Origin: Deltaproteobacteria bacterium
GTDB taxonomy: Bacteria; SZUA-79; Acidulodesulfobacterales; Acidulodesulfobacteraceae
Assembly (NCBI GenBank): GCA_023381755.1
Contig: JAMCUF010000019.1
Coordinates: forward strand, 1,747-65,746
Direction of reading: 5' to 3'
Length of the DNA stretch: 64,000 nucleotides
In this document: in pieces, positions 49,074-58,127 of the stretch
Numbering within the stretch: the first letter of the stretch is position 1
Layout of the letters: every line of letters begins with the position of its first letter
Notes under the pieces: generated by a model
The model's input: only the letters and a program-made list of their open reading frames with translations
What the model was told of the DNA's origin: nothing
The model's database searches: none
Program-made: the position numbers and the translations under genes

Positions 49074-50060
49074 ATGAACCTTGAAATAAAAGATTTAACG
49101 CTAAGATTGCATCTGAAAAAACCGGCGGGCGGATACATAAATGTTGTGGATTCCATTGATTTAAACGTGAAAGGCGGAGAAATCGCCGCCGTTGTGGGGG
49201 AATCGGGGAGCGGCAAATCGCTTCTGGGTCTTTCTATCTTAAGATTAAACCCGCCCGGTGTTTCTGAAATAGTTTCTGGTTCCGTGAAAATAAAATGTTT
49301 AGGGGAAAAGGATGAACTGGATATTATAAAATTATATCCCAAGGATCTTCCTTCCGTAAGAGGAAGGCTGATATCTATGGTGTTTCAAGACCCCAACACT
49401 TCTTTAAATCCGGTTATCAAAATAGGTGAGCAAATTACGGAGGCCATATTTGCCCATGAAAAAAGGGATAAATCCGAAGCAAAAGAGATTGCAATTTCCT
49501 ACCTTAACCGCATGAATGTGGACGGCAGGGCAAGATTTAACTCTTATCCCCATGAATTATCGGGGGGTATGAGGCAGAGGGTTATGATTGCGATGGCTAT
49601 GGTTCTTAATCCCTGTTTTTTAATTGCGGACGAACCAACTACGGCGCTTGATGTTACTACATCCTTGCAGGTTTTAAACCTTATCGAAAAGATAAGGTTC
49701 GAATCCGGTTTGGGAGTTATTTTTGTAACGCACGATTTGAGCATTGCGAAAAACATATCGGATAAAGTATATGTGTTTTACGCGGGACAGGTAATGGAAT
49801 GTGGAAAAACGGAGGAAGTTATAGATAACCCTTTGCATCCCTATACCGTTTCTTTAATTAAAAGTATTCCTTCCCTGTCAAAAGATTATATGCCGGGGCA
49901 GAAGCTCTTTGCAATACCGGGTTATTTGGCAAGAGACGACTTTACGCCCGGAAAGTGCAGATTTTACTCCAGGTGTTTTAAAAAGGATAAGGACTGCTTG
50001 CAAAGCATTCCCTTAAACGATATAACCCGCGAAAGGTCTCTCAGGTGCATTAAGGTTTAA
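49074..50060 (+). CDS. peptide/nickel ABC transporter ATP-binding protein (OppD/DppD-like)
   Basis: Walker A GESGSGKS, signature LSGGMRQR, Walker B LIADEPTT, C-terminal oligopeptide-type extension with Cys (C.F..RC......C). ATG 49074 is preferred over 49026, which overlaps argS. Confidence 0.8.
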   Translation: MNLEIKDLTLRLHLKKPAGGYINVVDSIDLNVKGGEIAAVVGESGSGKSLLGLSILRLNPPGVSEIVSGSVKIKCLGEKDELDIIKLYPKDLPSVRGRLISMVFQDPNTSLNPVIKIGEQITEAIFAHEKRDKSEAKEIAISYLNRMNVDGRARFNSYPHELSGGMRQRVMIAMAMVLNPCFLIADEPTTALDVTTSLQVLNLIEKIRFESGLGVIFVTHDLSIAKNISDKVYVFYAGQVMECGKTEEVIDNPLHPYTVSLIKSIPSLSKDYMPGQKLFAIPGYLARDDFTPGKCRFYSRCFKKDKDCLQSIPLNDITRERSLRCIKV

Positions 50061-50116
50061 ACATGGAAAAAAATAAAAACAACATAAAACGGAAAACCGG
50101 TAAAACCGGGTAAAAT

Positions 50117-51115
50117 ATGGAAAAAGAAATAATTTTAAAAATTTCCAATCTTTCAAAACACTACAATTATTATAAGTCTGTACTTGATATTAAAAGGGAT
50201 GCTATTAAAGCGGTCGATAATGTAACCTTCAGCGTTATTAAAAATGAAATTTTTGCGGTAGTCGGGGAAACCGGCTGCGGCAAATCAACCCTTTCCAAGT
50301 TAATTGCGGGGTTAATAGGCAAAACGTCCGGCAATATTTATTACTATGGGGAATTGTTGGATTACGGGGACAAAAAGAAAAATTTCAGAAAAAAGATTCA
50401 GATGGTTTTTCAGGACCCGTATTCATCGCTGAATCCAAAAAAAAAGATATATAAAATAATTTCTTATCCCGCCGTTAAGAACGATATTATTAAAAAACGG
50501 GATAGGCTTGATTTCTCCGTTTCTTTATTGAAGAATGTGGGGTTAGGCGAGGAAATAATTTATAGTTATCCTCACGAATTATCCGGAGGGCAAAGGCAAA
50601 GAGTTTCTATCGCAAGAAGTCTTTCCGTAAATCCGGAGCTTTTAATTCTGGATGAGCCGGTGTCCGCCCTCGATATGTCCATATCGGCGCAGATTTTAAA
50701 TCTTCTTATGGATTTAAAGGGAAAGGGCAAAATAAGCTATATCTTTATAACCCATGATTTAAAATTAGTAAGACATATTGCGGACAGGGTCTGCGTTATG
50801 TATAACGGGAAGATAATGGAGATTTCGCCGTCCCCCGATTTTTTTAACACTCCTGCCCATCCTTATTCTAACGTTCTTTATAATTCCATATTGTCTTATG
50901 ATTTCAAAAAAGGGTTGAATTTTATAAATTTGAACGAAAACAATAAAAAATCGACGGAGGTTAACAAGGAAAAAGAAAAAGCGGGCGGATGTACATATTT
51001 TAAAAGATGCTATGCCTCTAAAGAAATATGCAAAGAAAACGAACCCCCGCTGGAAGATATCGGGCATGACAGAATGACAAGCTGTTTCTTCCCGTTCACT
51101 CATCCGAATCTTTAA
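50117..51115 (+). CDS. peptide/nickel ABC transporter ATP-binding protein (OppF/DppF-like)
   Basis: Walker A GETGCGKST, signature LSGGQRQR, Walker B LILDEPVS, C-terminal Cys-containing extension. Confidence 0.8.
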   Translation: MEKEIILKISNLSKHYNYYKSVLDIKRDAIKAVDNVTFSVIKNEIFAVVGETGCGKSTLSKLIAGLIGKTSGNIYYYGELLDYGDKKKNFRKKIQMVFQDPYSSLNPKKKIYKIISYPAVKNDIIKKRDRLDFSVSLLKNVGLGEEIIYSYPHELSGGQRQRVSIARSLSVNPELLILDEPVSALDMSISAQILNLLMDLKGKGKISYIFITHDLKLVRHIADRVCVMYNGKIMEISPSPDFFNTPAHPYSNVLYNSILSYDFKKGLNFINLNENNKKSTEVNKEKEKAGGCTYFKRCYASKEICKENEPPLEDIGHDRMTSCFFPFTHPNL

Positions 51116-51695
51116 ATGCGTCATCCTCGTCCATTAAGGATGATAAATGCCTTAAATTTTCTAAATAGTCATCCGTGGTTTGCGCTCTTCCCTCCTCTTC
51201 GGCGCGGGATTGGCAATTTATACATAAATTGGAGTAAGGAATTACCTTCAGCCTTTTTTTTGAGATCGGCTCTCCGCATTCATTGCAAACCCCGTAAGTT
51301 CCTTCTTTTATTTTAAGGAGCGCGTTGTCTATTTCTCTTATTTTCTGTCTTTCCCTATCCCCTAACATATATGAAAGCTCACGGTCTCTTTCATTGGATG
51401 CGATATCATAATTGTCCCCCCGGTATTCCGAAGAATCTTTTGACGAGCCCTCTTTAATACTTGCATCTATCTCCTTAAAAATTTCCCTTTTCAAAAGGAT
51501 TAGATTTTTTCTTATCTCATCGAGTTCTTTATTCGAAAACCCGTTTAAGGCCGGTTCCTCCGGCTTTGCCGAGCGCTTATTTTCAATTCTGTTTTCTACG
51601 GGATTGTCTGTAGCTTTATTTTTTGCCGCAGATGCCTTTTTTGTTTTTTTTATTACAGACGCATGTTTATTTTTTGCTGTTTTTTTATTTTTCAT
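51096..51695 (-). CDS. DksA/TraR-family C4 zinc-finger protein with a Lys-rich N-terminal extension
   Basis: C-terminal CNECGEPI...R......LCI.CQ zinc finger preceded by a coiled coil. The first ~45 aa are strongly basic (KNKKTAKNKHASVIKKTKKASAAKNK). Confidence 0.75.
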   Translation of the reverse strand: MKNKKTAKNKHASVIKKTKKASAAKNKATDNPVENRIENKRSAKPEEPALNGFSNKELDEIRKNLILLKREIFKEIDASIKEGSSKDSSEYRGDNYDIASNERDRELSYMLGDRERQKIREIDNALLKIKEGTYGVCNECGEPISKKRLKVIPYSNLCINCQSRAEEEGRAQTTDDYLENLRHLSSLMDEDDAFKDSDE

Positions 51696-51766
51696 TTTTA
51701 TTCCCCCGTTTAAAAAATTACTTTTTAAAAATTTGGGTTAGTATATATTTAATAAAATTTAAAAGC

Positions 51767-51807
51767 AAGTCTAAAGTCGCTTGCAAAAGTCCTAAAATCG
51801 CTTGACT
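51767..51807 (+). repeat. tandem ~20-nt direct repeat upstream of hdrC
   Basis: AAGTCTAAAGTCGCTTGCAA (51767-51786) is directly followed by AAGTCCTAAAATCGCTTGACT (51787-51807). The second copy supplies a TTGACT -35-like hexamer. Confidence 0.4.
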
Positions 51808-51830
51808 AAAAATAAAAAATCAATTAAAAT
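51802..51830 (+). promoter_or_regulatory. candidate sigma-70-type promoter for the hdr-flx cluster
   Basis: TTGACT (51802-07), a 17-nt spacer, TAAAAT (51825-30). Would give a ~150-nt AT-rich leader. Confidence 0.3.
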
Positions 51831-51980
51831 AATAAGACTGCTTTTAATGCATTATTTTAGAAATAGCCATAAAAATAAGCCTTTGAGGTTTTAAGCAGCA
51901 GGATTTATTTTAAAATTTTACAATAAAAAAATACAGAAAATATATAAAAAAAACAAGGATATTTACTAAGGATATTTACG

Positions 51981-52529
51981 ATGAAAACAGTTATAAACGA
52001 AGAAAATAGACGAAATTTTGTATCTTTGGTAGAATCGATGCTTCACGATAAGCTCTCCAAATGCTATCAGTGCGGAAAGTGTTCCGCGGGCTGCCCTGTC
52101 AACTTCGAGATGGACTATACCCCAAATCAGATTATAAAGATGACGGAACTTGGCATGGAGGATGCCGTTCTAAATTCTAAGACTATATGGCTGTGCGTCT
52201 CGTGCAATACCTGCTCCACCCGTTGTCCTAAGGGCTTCGAGGTTACCGGAATTATGGATGTTCTAAGAGAGATAGCCGAAAAAAAGGACATAATATCAAA
52301 AGTCGAAAAAGAGGTTCAGGTGTTTCACGAGGTCTTTTTGGATAATGTTAAATCCAACGGAAGAATATTCGAACTTGAGCTTGTAGGAAAATACAAATTA
52401 AAAACAAGACGCCTGTTTAGGGATATGTTTTTGGCTCCAAAAATGTTTGAAAAAGGCAAGCTTAGAATATCCGGAGAAAAAATTTCCGGTTTAAATCAAA
52501 TTGCCAAAATTTTTAAAGACTTCGAGTAA
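51981..52529 (+). CDS. hdrC: heterodisulfide reductase subunit C
   Basis: Two ferredoxin-type motifs, CYQCGKCSAGCP and CVSCNTCSTRCP. 182 aa, followed by hdrB. Confidence 0.85.
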   Translation: MKTVINEENRRNFVSLVESMLHDKLSKCYQCGKCSAGCPVNFEMDYTPNQIIKMTELGMEDAVLNSKTIWLCVSCNTCSTRCPKGFEVTGIMDVLREIAEKKDIISKVEKEVQVFHEVFLDNVKSNGRIFELELVGKYKLKTRRLFRDMFLAPKMFEKGKLRISGEKISGLNQIAKIFKDFE

Positions 52530-52559
52530 ATATTAAAACCATTGGGAGAAATCATATAT

Positions 52560-53432
52560 ATGAAATTAGCATATTATCCGGGATGCTCTCTTAAGGGGAC
52601 ATCGTTCGAATATGAGGTGTCGCTGTTAAAAATACTGGAGGCATTAAATATAGAAATTAAAGAAATACCGGATTGGAATTGTTGCGGGGCTTCGGCGGCT
52701 CATAGTATAAATCACGACCTTTCCATAGCCCTTCCGGCAAGAAACCTTGCGATAGCGGAAAAAGAGGGATATGAATCGGTTCTTGCCCCCTGCGCGGCAT
52801 GTTCCAACAGGCTTAAAACAGCCCATTATGAGCTTGAGACCGACGACATTCTTAAAAAAAAGATAACCGGTTCCATAGAGATGCCTTATAGCGCCGGTAT
52901 GGAAATAAACAATATGCTTGAGTTCCTGATAAAGATTGCCGGTAAAGACAAGATAAAATCCATGGTCAAAAGGCCTTTAACCGGCCTGAAGGTTGCCGCT
53001 TATTATGGCTGCCTGTTGGTTAGACCTCCCAAGATTATGCAGTTCGACGACCCGGAAAATCCGGTGTCTATGGATGAACTGGTCGGCCTCACGGGCGCGG
53101 AGTCCGTTAACTATTCTTATAAAACCGAGTGTTGCGGCGCCATTAACTCTCTTTCTAAACCGGATGTAGTAATGGCTTTGACCGGCAATGTTTTATACGA
53201 TATCAAGAAGCACGGGGCTGATATTGTCGTTGTTGCCTGTCCCCTGTGCCATTCAAATTTAGATGTCAGGCAAAGGGAAATCGAAAGAAAATACGAAGAA
53301 AAAATAGGGCTGCCCGTGCTTTTTATAACCGAACTTCTGGGGCTTTCTTTTGGAATAGATCCAAAAGACCTTGCAATAGAAGGGCATATGGTTACGGCGG
53401 ATAGGGTCCTGGAAAAGATTAAAGAATTATAG
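52560..53432 (+). CDS. hdrB: heterodisulfide reductase subunit B (two CCG domains)
   Basis: YYPGC...CCGAS...PCAACS and YYGC...CCGA...ACPLCH. GGGAGA SD lies upstream of ATG 52560 (the tracked ORF starts at TTG 52542). Confidence 0.85.
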   Translation: MKLAYYPGCSLKGTSFEYEVSLLKILEALNIEIKEIPDWNCCGASAAHSINHDLSIALPARNLAIAEKEGYESVLAPCAACSNRLKTAHYELETDDILKKKITGSIEMPYSAGMEINNMLEFLIKIAGKDKIKSMVKRPLTGLKVAAYYGCLLVRPPKIMQFDDPENPVSMDELVGLTGAESVNYSYKTECCGAINSLSKPDVVMALTGNVLYDIKKHGADIVVVACPLCHSNLDVRQREIERKYEEKIGLPVLFITELLGLSFGIDPKDLAIEGHMVTADRVLEKIKEL

Positions 53433-53451
53433 AATTATAGGGGTGTGTGAT

Positions 53452-55434
53452 ATGTCAAGAATAGGGGTTTTTGTTTGTTGGTGCGGTTCGAACATTGCGG
53501 GAACCGTCGATGTTGCCAAAATTACCGAGGAAGCGAAAAAAGTTCCGGGCGTCGTAACCGCAGTTGACTATAAATACATGTGTTCAGACCCGGGACAAAA
53601 CAGCCTGAGGAATATGATTAGAGAACAGAATTTAACGGGGGTCGTCCTTGCGGCCTGTTCCCCCCATATGCACGAGAACACCTTTAGAAAGGCTGCCGTC
53701 AAAGAGGGCTTAAATCCGTATTTTGTTGAAATTGCCAACATCAGAGAACAGGTTTCGTGGGTCCATGAAGACAAAGAAAGGGCCACGCAAAAAGCGATAG
53801 ATTTAATGAAAATGATGGTCGAGAAGGTTAAGAGGGACAAACCGATAGAGGACGTCAGGGTTCCTTTGAACAAAAGGGCGCTTGTTATCGGCGGCGGAAT
53901 ATCCGGTATTCAGGCGGCGCTGGATATTGCGAGCGGCGGGGTTGAGGTTTTGCTTGTGGAAAAAGAACCCTCCATTGGCGGAAGGATGATTCAGCTTGAC
54001 GAAACATTTCCGACACTCGATTGCTCAAGTTGCATAATGACGCCAAAAATGGTCGAGGTAAACCAGAATCCGAATATAAAACTTTATACGTATTCGGAGG
54101 TTGAAGATGTATCCGGATATATCGGAAATTTTAAGGTTAAAATCAGGAAAAAGACAAAAAGCGTTATCGAAAAGGACTGTACGGGATGCGGCGAATGCTG
54201 GAATGTCTGCCCTATGCATAAAAATGTCAAAAGCGAATTTAATATGAATTTATCCGAAAGAACCGCGATATACGTTCCCTTCCCTCAAGCCGTCCCGCTT
54301 GTTCCGGTATTGGACAGATCGGCCTGCCTCCACTTTAAAAAGGGTGGAAAATGCGTCAAATGCTATGAGGCGTGCGGACCAAAGTGCATAGATTTTGATA
54401 TGAAGGATGAAATTGTCGAGGAAACGGTTGGCGCAATAGTTGCCGCAACGGGTTACGACCTTATGGATAATTCCATTTACGGCGAATACGGTTACGGCAA
54501 ATATAAAGACGTTGTGTCCGGTTTACAGTTTGAAAGGCTTTTATCGGCATCCGGCCCAACCGAAGGGGTGATAAAAAGGCCGTCCGACGGAACGACCCCT
54601 CAGACAATCGTATTTATCCAGTGTGTAGGTTCAAGAGACCCTGAAAAGGGCGTTCCGTATTGTTCGAAGGTTTGCTGCATGTACACCGCAAAGCATGCGA
54701 AATTATTTGCCCATAAGGTTCACGGTTCCCAAAGCTATGTTTTTTATATAGATATAAGGGCGACAAGCAAGGGATACGAGGAGTTTGTGAGAGGGGTAAT
54801 GGAACAGGACGGAGCCATATATTTAAGGGGCAGGGTGTCAAAAATTTATGAAGACGGCGGCAAGCTCATCGTCAAGGGTGCCGACACGCTTTCGGGCAAT
54901 CAGGTAGAGATTGCTGCGGATATGGTGGTTCTTGCAACGGGCGTTATACCGAAAAATGGCGCAGGCAAAGTTGCGCAAATGCTCGGTATATCGTATGATA
55001 AATACGGGTTTTTTACCGAATCCCACCCAAAACTTCGCCCGGCCGAGTCTTCCACTGCCGGAATTTTCCTGGCGGGTATGGCCCAGGGTCCAAGGGATAT
55101 TCCGGAGTCGGTTGTTTCCGGTTCTGCCGCCGCGTCTAAAATACTCGGGTTGTTTTCAAAGAACGAATACGAGGTCGAAGGGACGATTGCCAGCGTCAAT
55201 GAAGCGACGTGCGTCGCCTGCTTTTACTGCCAAAGGGTTTGCGGCTTTAATGCGATTGGCCCAAAGGAGATTAAGGACAGAAGCGGCAAGATTATAAAGG
55301 TTGTTGCCAATGTCAATCCCGGGCTTTGCACGGGTTGCGGCGCATGTGTCAATGCCTGCTTTTCAAAATCCATAGATGTTAAAGGATTTACGGATGACCA
55401 GATATATGCGGAGATCAGGTCTTTAGCAATATAA
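53452..55434 (+). CDS. hdrA: heterodisulfide reductase subunit A (FAD, multiple Fe-S)
   Basis: N-terminal IGVFVCWCGSNIAG, FAD fold VIGGGISGIQAALD, Cys motifs CTGCGECWNVCP, CVACFYCQRVC and CTGCGACVNAC. ATG 53452 is preferred over GTG 53443. Confidence 0.9.
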   Translation: MSRIGVFVCWCGSNIAGTVDVAKITEEAKKVPGVVTAVDYKYMCSDPGQNSLRNMIREQNLTGVVLAACSPHMHENTFRKAAVKEGLNPYFVEIANIREQVSWVHEDKERATQKAIDLMKMMVEKVKRDKPIEDVRVPLNKRALVIGGGISGIQAALDIASGGVEVLLVEKEPSIGGRMIQLDETFPTLDCSSCIMTPKMVEVNQNPNIKLYTYSEVEDVSGYIGNFKVKIRKKTKSVIEKDCTGCGECWNVCPMHKNVKSEFNMNLSERTAIYVPFPQAVPLVPVLDRSACLHFKKGGKCVKCYEACGPKCIDFDMKDEIVEETVGAIVAATGYDLMDNSIYGEYGYGKYKDVVSGLQFERLLSASGPTEGVIKRPSDGTTPQTIVFIQCVGSRDPEKGVPYCSKVCCMYTAKHAKLFAHKVHGSQSYVFYIDIRATSKGYEEFVRGVMEQDGAIYLRGRVSKIYEDGGKLIVKGADTLSGNQVEIAADMVVLATGVIPKNGAGKVAQMLGISYDKYGFFTESHPKLRPAESSTAGIFLAGMAQGPRDIPESVVSGSAAASKILGLFSKNEYEVEGTIASVNEATCVACFYCQRVCGFNAIGPKEIKDRSGKIIKVVANVNPGLCTGCGACVNACFSKSIDVKGFTDDQIYAEIRSLAI

Positions 55435-55467
55435 AAATAAAAACATAAAAAGGGTCTATTAATATAA

Positions 55468-55947
55468 ATGGAAGATAAAAAAGAAGATAAAAAAAGGGAT
55501 AAAGAAGAAGGGTCCGTGAAATCCGACGGCAGTGCGGGCGACCCCAGGATAATCGCATTCGTTTGCAACTGGTGCACTTACAGCGGGGCGGACCTTGCCG
55601 GAACGAGCAGGATGAAATATTCCGACAATGTGAGAGTGATAAAACTCCCCTGCTCGGGAAGAATAGATCCTTTGTTTATTGTTGAGGCATTTAAGAAAGG
55701 GGCCAAGGGCGTGTTGATTTCAGGCTGTCATCCCGGGGACTGCCATTATATAAGCGGCAATTATCATTCGAGGAGAAAATATGCGGCTTTCAGAGACTTA
55801 TTGGGCTTTCTGGGGGTTGATTTAAGCAGGGTTGAATTTTCGTGGATTAGCGCCTCGGAAGGCAATAAATGGGTTTCCGTAATTAATGAATTTACCGCTA
55901 AGATTAAATCGTTAAAGAGTAGTTCAAGCGATATATTTAAAAAGTAA
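55468..55947 (+). CDS. MvhD-like (methyl-viologen-reducing hydrogenase delta subunit family) protein, FlxD-equivalent
   Basis: IIAFVCNWCTYSGADLAG......Y.....VI.LPCSGR.D......AF..GA.GVLISGCH.GDCHY, with an acidic/basic Lys-Asp-rich N-terminal tail. Confidence 0.85.
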   Translation: MEDKKEDKKRDKEEGSVKSDGSAGDPRIIAFVCNWCTYSGADLAGTSRMKYSDNVRVIKLPCSGRIDPLFIVEAFKKGAKGVLISGCHPGDCHYISGNYHSRRKYAAFRDLLGFLGVDLSRVEFSWISASEGNKWVSVINEFTAKIKSLKSSSSDIFKK

Positions 55948-55965
55948 GGTCAATCGAACCTAAAT

Positions 55966-56008
55966 CCCCGCCTCCTTTCCTCTCCCTTGGGGGGGGGGGC
56001 GAGGGGGC
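55966..56008 (+). other. C/T-rich arm, G11 homopolymer and G5 block forming an intercistronic hairpin
   Basis: CCCCGCCTCCTTTCCTCTCCC (55966-55986), TT, G x11 (55989-55999), CGA, GGGGGC (56003-56008). The arms can pair by G:C and G:U. Confidence 0.5.
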
Positions 56009-56047
56009 AAGGATGAGGAAGTTTAAGTTTAATATTTAGGATAATAT

Positions 56048-56947
56048 ATGGCAAATACGGACGAAAAGTTGCAAAAGATAGCAAAAGACCTTTTAGAGGG
56101 TGGAGAGGTTAGCTTGGTAATCGGTTATACCAAAGGCTCAATTCCCCAAAGAATGCGTCCTGTATTTATCACTAAGGCACAGGACGCATCCAGATTGTCT
56201 TTTAGCTGTTATGCCGTTCAGGATTTGGCGGTATTCTTGAAAAAACCGGAGGTTAAAAAATTTGGCAAAATAGGCATAGTTGTTAAGGGTTGCGATGAAA
56301 AGGCCATTAATGCCTTAATACAGGAGTATCAGCTTTTAAGGGATGACATAAAGATTATAGGCATGGAATGTAACGGCATTATCAGGCAAAATCTTGCCGA
56401 CAAAGGCGAGGCCGCGGTTTCCGAAACCACCGTTTACGATAAATGTCTTATCTGCAATGAACATACGCCCGTATTATATGACTACCTTGTCCCCTCCGAA
56501 AACCAAAAACTTAACTTATCGGGCAATATAAAACCTTATGCAAAGATTGAAGAACTGGATTCCATGAGCGCCGAAGATAAAAGCGCTTTCTGGAAAAAAG
56601 AATTCGATAAATGTTTAAAGTGCTACGCATGCAGGCAGGCTTGCCCGTTATGTTATTGTTCGAGGTGCATCGTCGAAAAGAATATGCCCCAATGGATAGA
56701 CACAAATATTGAGGAGACGGGCAATGCCCAGTGGAACTTAATCAGGGCTTATCATCTTTCGGGCAGGTGTATAGGATGCGGCGAATGTGAGCGGGCCTGT
56801 CCGGTAAATATTCCCCTTATGTTGATTAATGAAAAAATGGCGCGGGATACGTACAGTCTTTTCGGGAATAAATCGGGGTTAGATATTAATGCCAAACCGG
56901 TGTTCGGGGTTTTTAGCGAAAGCGATTTTAACGAATTTATAAAGTAA
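56048..56947 (+). CDS. iron-sulfur protein, FlxC-equivalent (2x[4Fe-4S] C-terminal domain)
   Basis: CLKCYACRQACPLC and CIGCGECERACP motifs. Position after the MvhD-like gene. The family assignment is by context. Confidence 0.6.
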   Translation: MANTDEKLQKIAKDLLEGGEVSLVIGYTKGSIPQRMRPVFITKAQDASRLSFSCYAVQDLAVFLKKPEVKKFGKIGIVVKGCDEKAINALIQEYQLLRDDIKIIGMECNGIIRQNLADKGEAAVSETTVYDKCLICNEHTPVLYDYLVPSENQKLNLSGNIKPYAKIEELDSMSAEDKSAFWKKEFDKCLKCYACRQACPLCYCSRCIVEKNMPQWIDTNIEETGNAQWNLIRAYHLSGRCIGCGECERACPVNIPLMLINEKMARDTYSLFGNKSGLDINAKPVFGVFSESDFNEFIK

Positions 56948-56973
56948 AGCAGGGTGTCGGGAGAGCCTATATA

Positions 56974-57996
56974 ATGCAGGAAAAATATTTCGAAACCGAA
57001 GCGGAAAATTTACAAAAGTTTGTCGATTCTCTGATAGCGGATAATTTCGATGTTATCGCTCCAAAGGATAAAGACGGGGACGTCTTCTACGGAAAGATAG
57101 ATAAATTTATCGATGCAAACTTAAGTATTCTTTTGCCGAAGGTGTCGTACAAAGAGTATCTTCTTCCAAAAACAGAAACGCTTTTTGAATATTCCCTGTC
57201 GGGTACGGATGTCAACATCAAAGACGGGCTTGACATGTATTACGGCGAAAACAAAAAAAGGGTAATTTTCGGCGGAAGGCCGTGCGATGCCGCCTCCGGT
57301 CCCATAATGGAAAAGGTTTTTAACTGGGACTATAAGGATGAATTTTTCAATGAAAGGTTTAAAAATTTAACCATAATTTCTATGGCATGCGAAAAACCCG
57401 ACAATTACTGTTTTTGCACGGAGATGCAGCTTTCGCCCGAAAGCTCCTACGGTTCGGATATACTCCTTAAAAGGGGGGATAACATGTATTACGTGTCTGT
57501 CTTAAGCGAGAAGGGTCTAAGCCTTATCACCCCGCATCTAAGCCTTTTTAAAGAGATTTCAAGGGATAGAATGCCTGCCGGAAAAGATTGGAAGAAGGTT
57601 TTTGAAATCGGGAAGACAAAGAGTTTTTTGGATAAAAATTTTGAACATAACTATTTTCAGGACAGGTTTTTATCCTGTATCGGTTGCGGGATTTGTACCT
57701 ATACCTGCCCCACCTGCCACTGTTTTGACATTCAGGATGAAGGGAATTTGAAAGAGGGCAGGAGGATTAGGAATTGGGATTCCTGCCAGTTTGCAATATT
57801 TACGCTTCATACGTCGGGCCATAATCCAAGGGTTACGCAAGGGGATAGGTATAGGCAGAGGCTCATGCACAAGTTTAAAATATACAATGAAAAATTTAAC
57901 AAATATTTATGCGTCGGGTGCGGCAGATGCTCGAGAAATTGTCCCGAGGATATAGATATTAAGGAAATAGCGGGAGATTTGGCAGGGTTAATTTAA
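56974..57996 (+). CDS. iron-sulfur protein, FlxB-equivalent (AsrA / sulfhydrogenase beta-like)
   Basis: CIGCGICTYTCPTCHC and CVGCGRCSRNCP motifs, 340 aa, precedes an FNR-like flavoprotein. Confidence 0.6.
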   Translation: MQEKYFETEAENLQKFVDSLIADNFDVIAPKDKDGDVFYGKIDKFIDANLSILLPKVSYKEYLLPKTETLFEYSLSGTDVNIKDGLDMYYGENKKRVIFGGRPCDAASGPIMEKVFNWDYKDEFFNERFKNLTIISMACEKPDNYCFCTEMQLSPESSYGSDILLKRGDNMYYVSVLSEKGLSLITPHLSLFKEISRDRMPAGKDWKKVFEIGKTKSFLDKNFEHNYFQDRFLSCIGCGICTYTCPTCHCFDIQDEGNLKEGRRIRNWDSCQFAIFTLHTSGHNPRVTQGDRYRQRLMHKFKIYNEKFNKYLCVGCGRCSRNCPEDIDIKEIAGDLAGLI

Positions 57997-58127
57997 TAAT
58001 TATTGTTATTTGTCATTATGGCTGAATGACAAGAAAGCGGGAATTCACTTGAAAGGCGGCAGATAATGACCGTAATTGATAAAATTTAATTCAAATTTTT
58101 TAACTTATGGCGGGGAGCGGATAGTTA

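Noticed and set aside
50765-51124. 119-aa minus-strand ORF inside oppF, and plus-strand ORFs 51116-51316, 51412-51741 and 51623-51805 inside or next to the dksA-like gene
   Set aside because: They are antisense or shadow frames of CDSs with clear ABC and DksA motifs.
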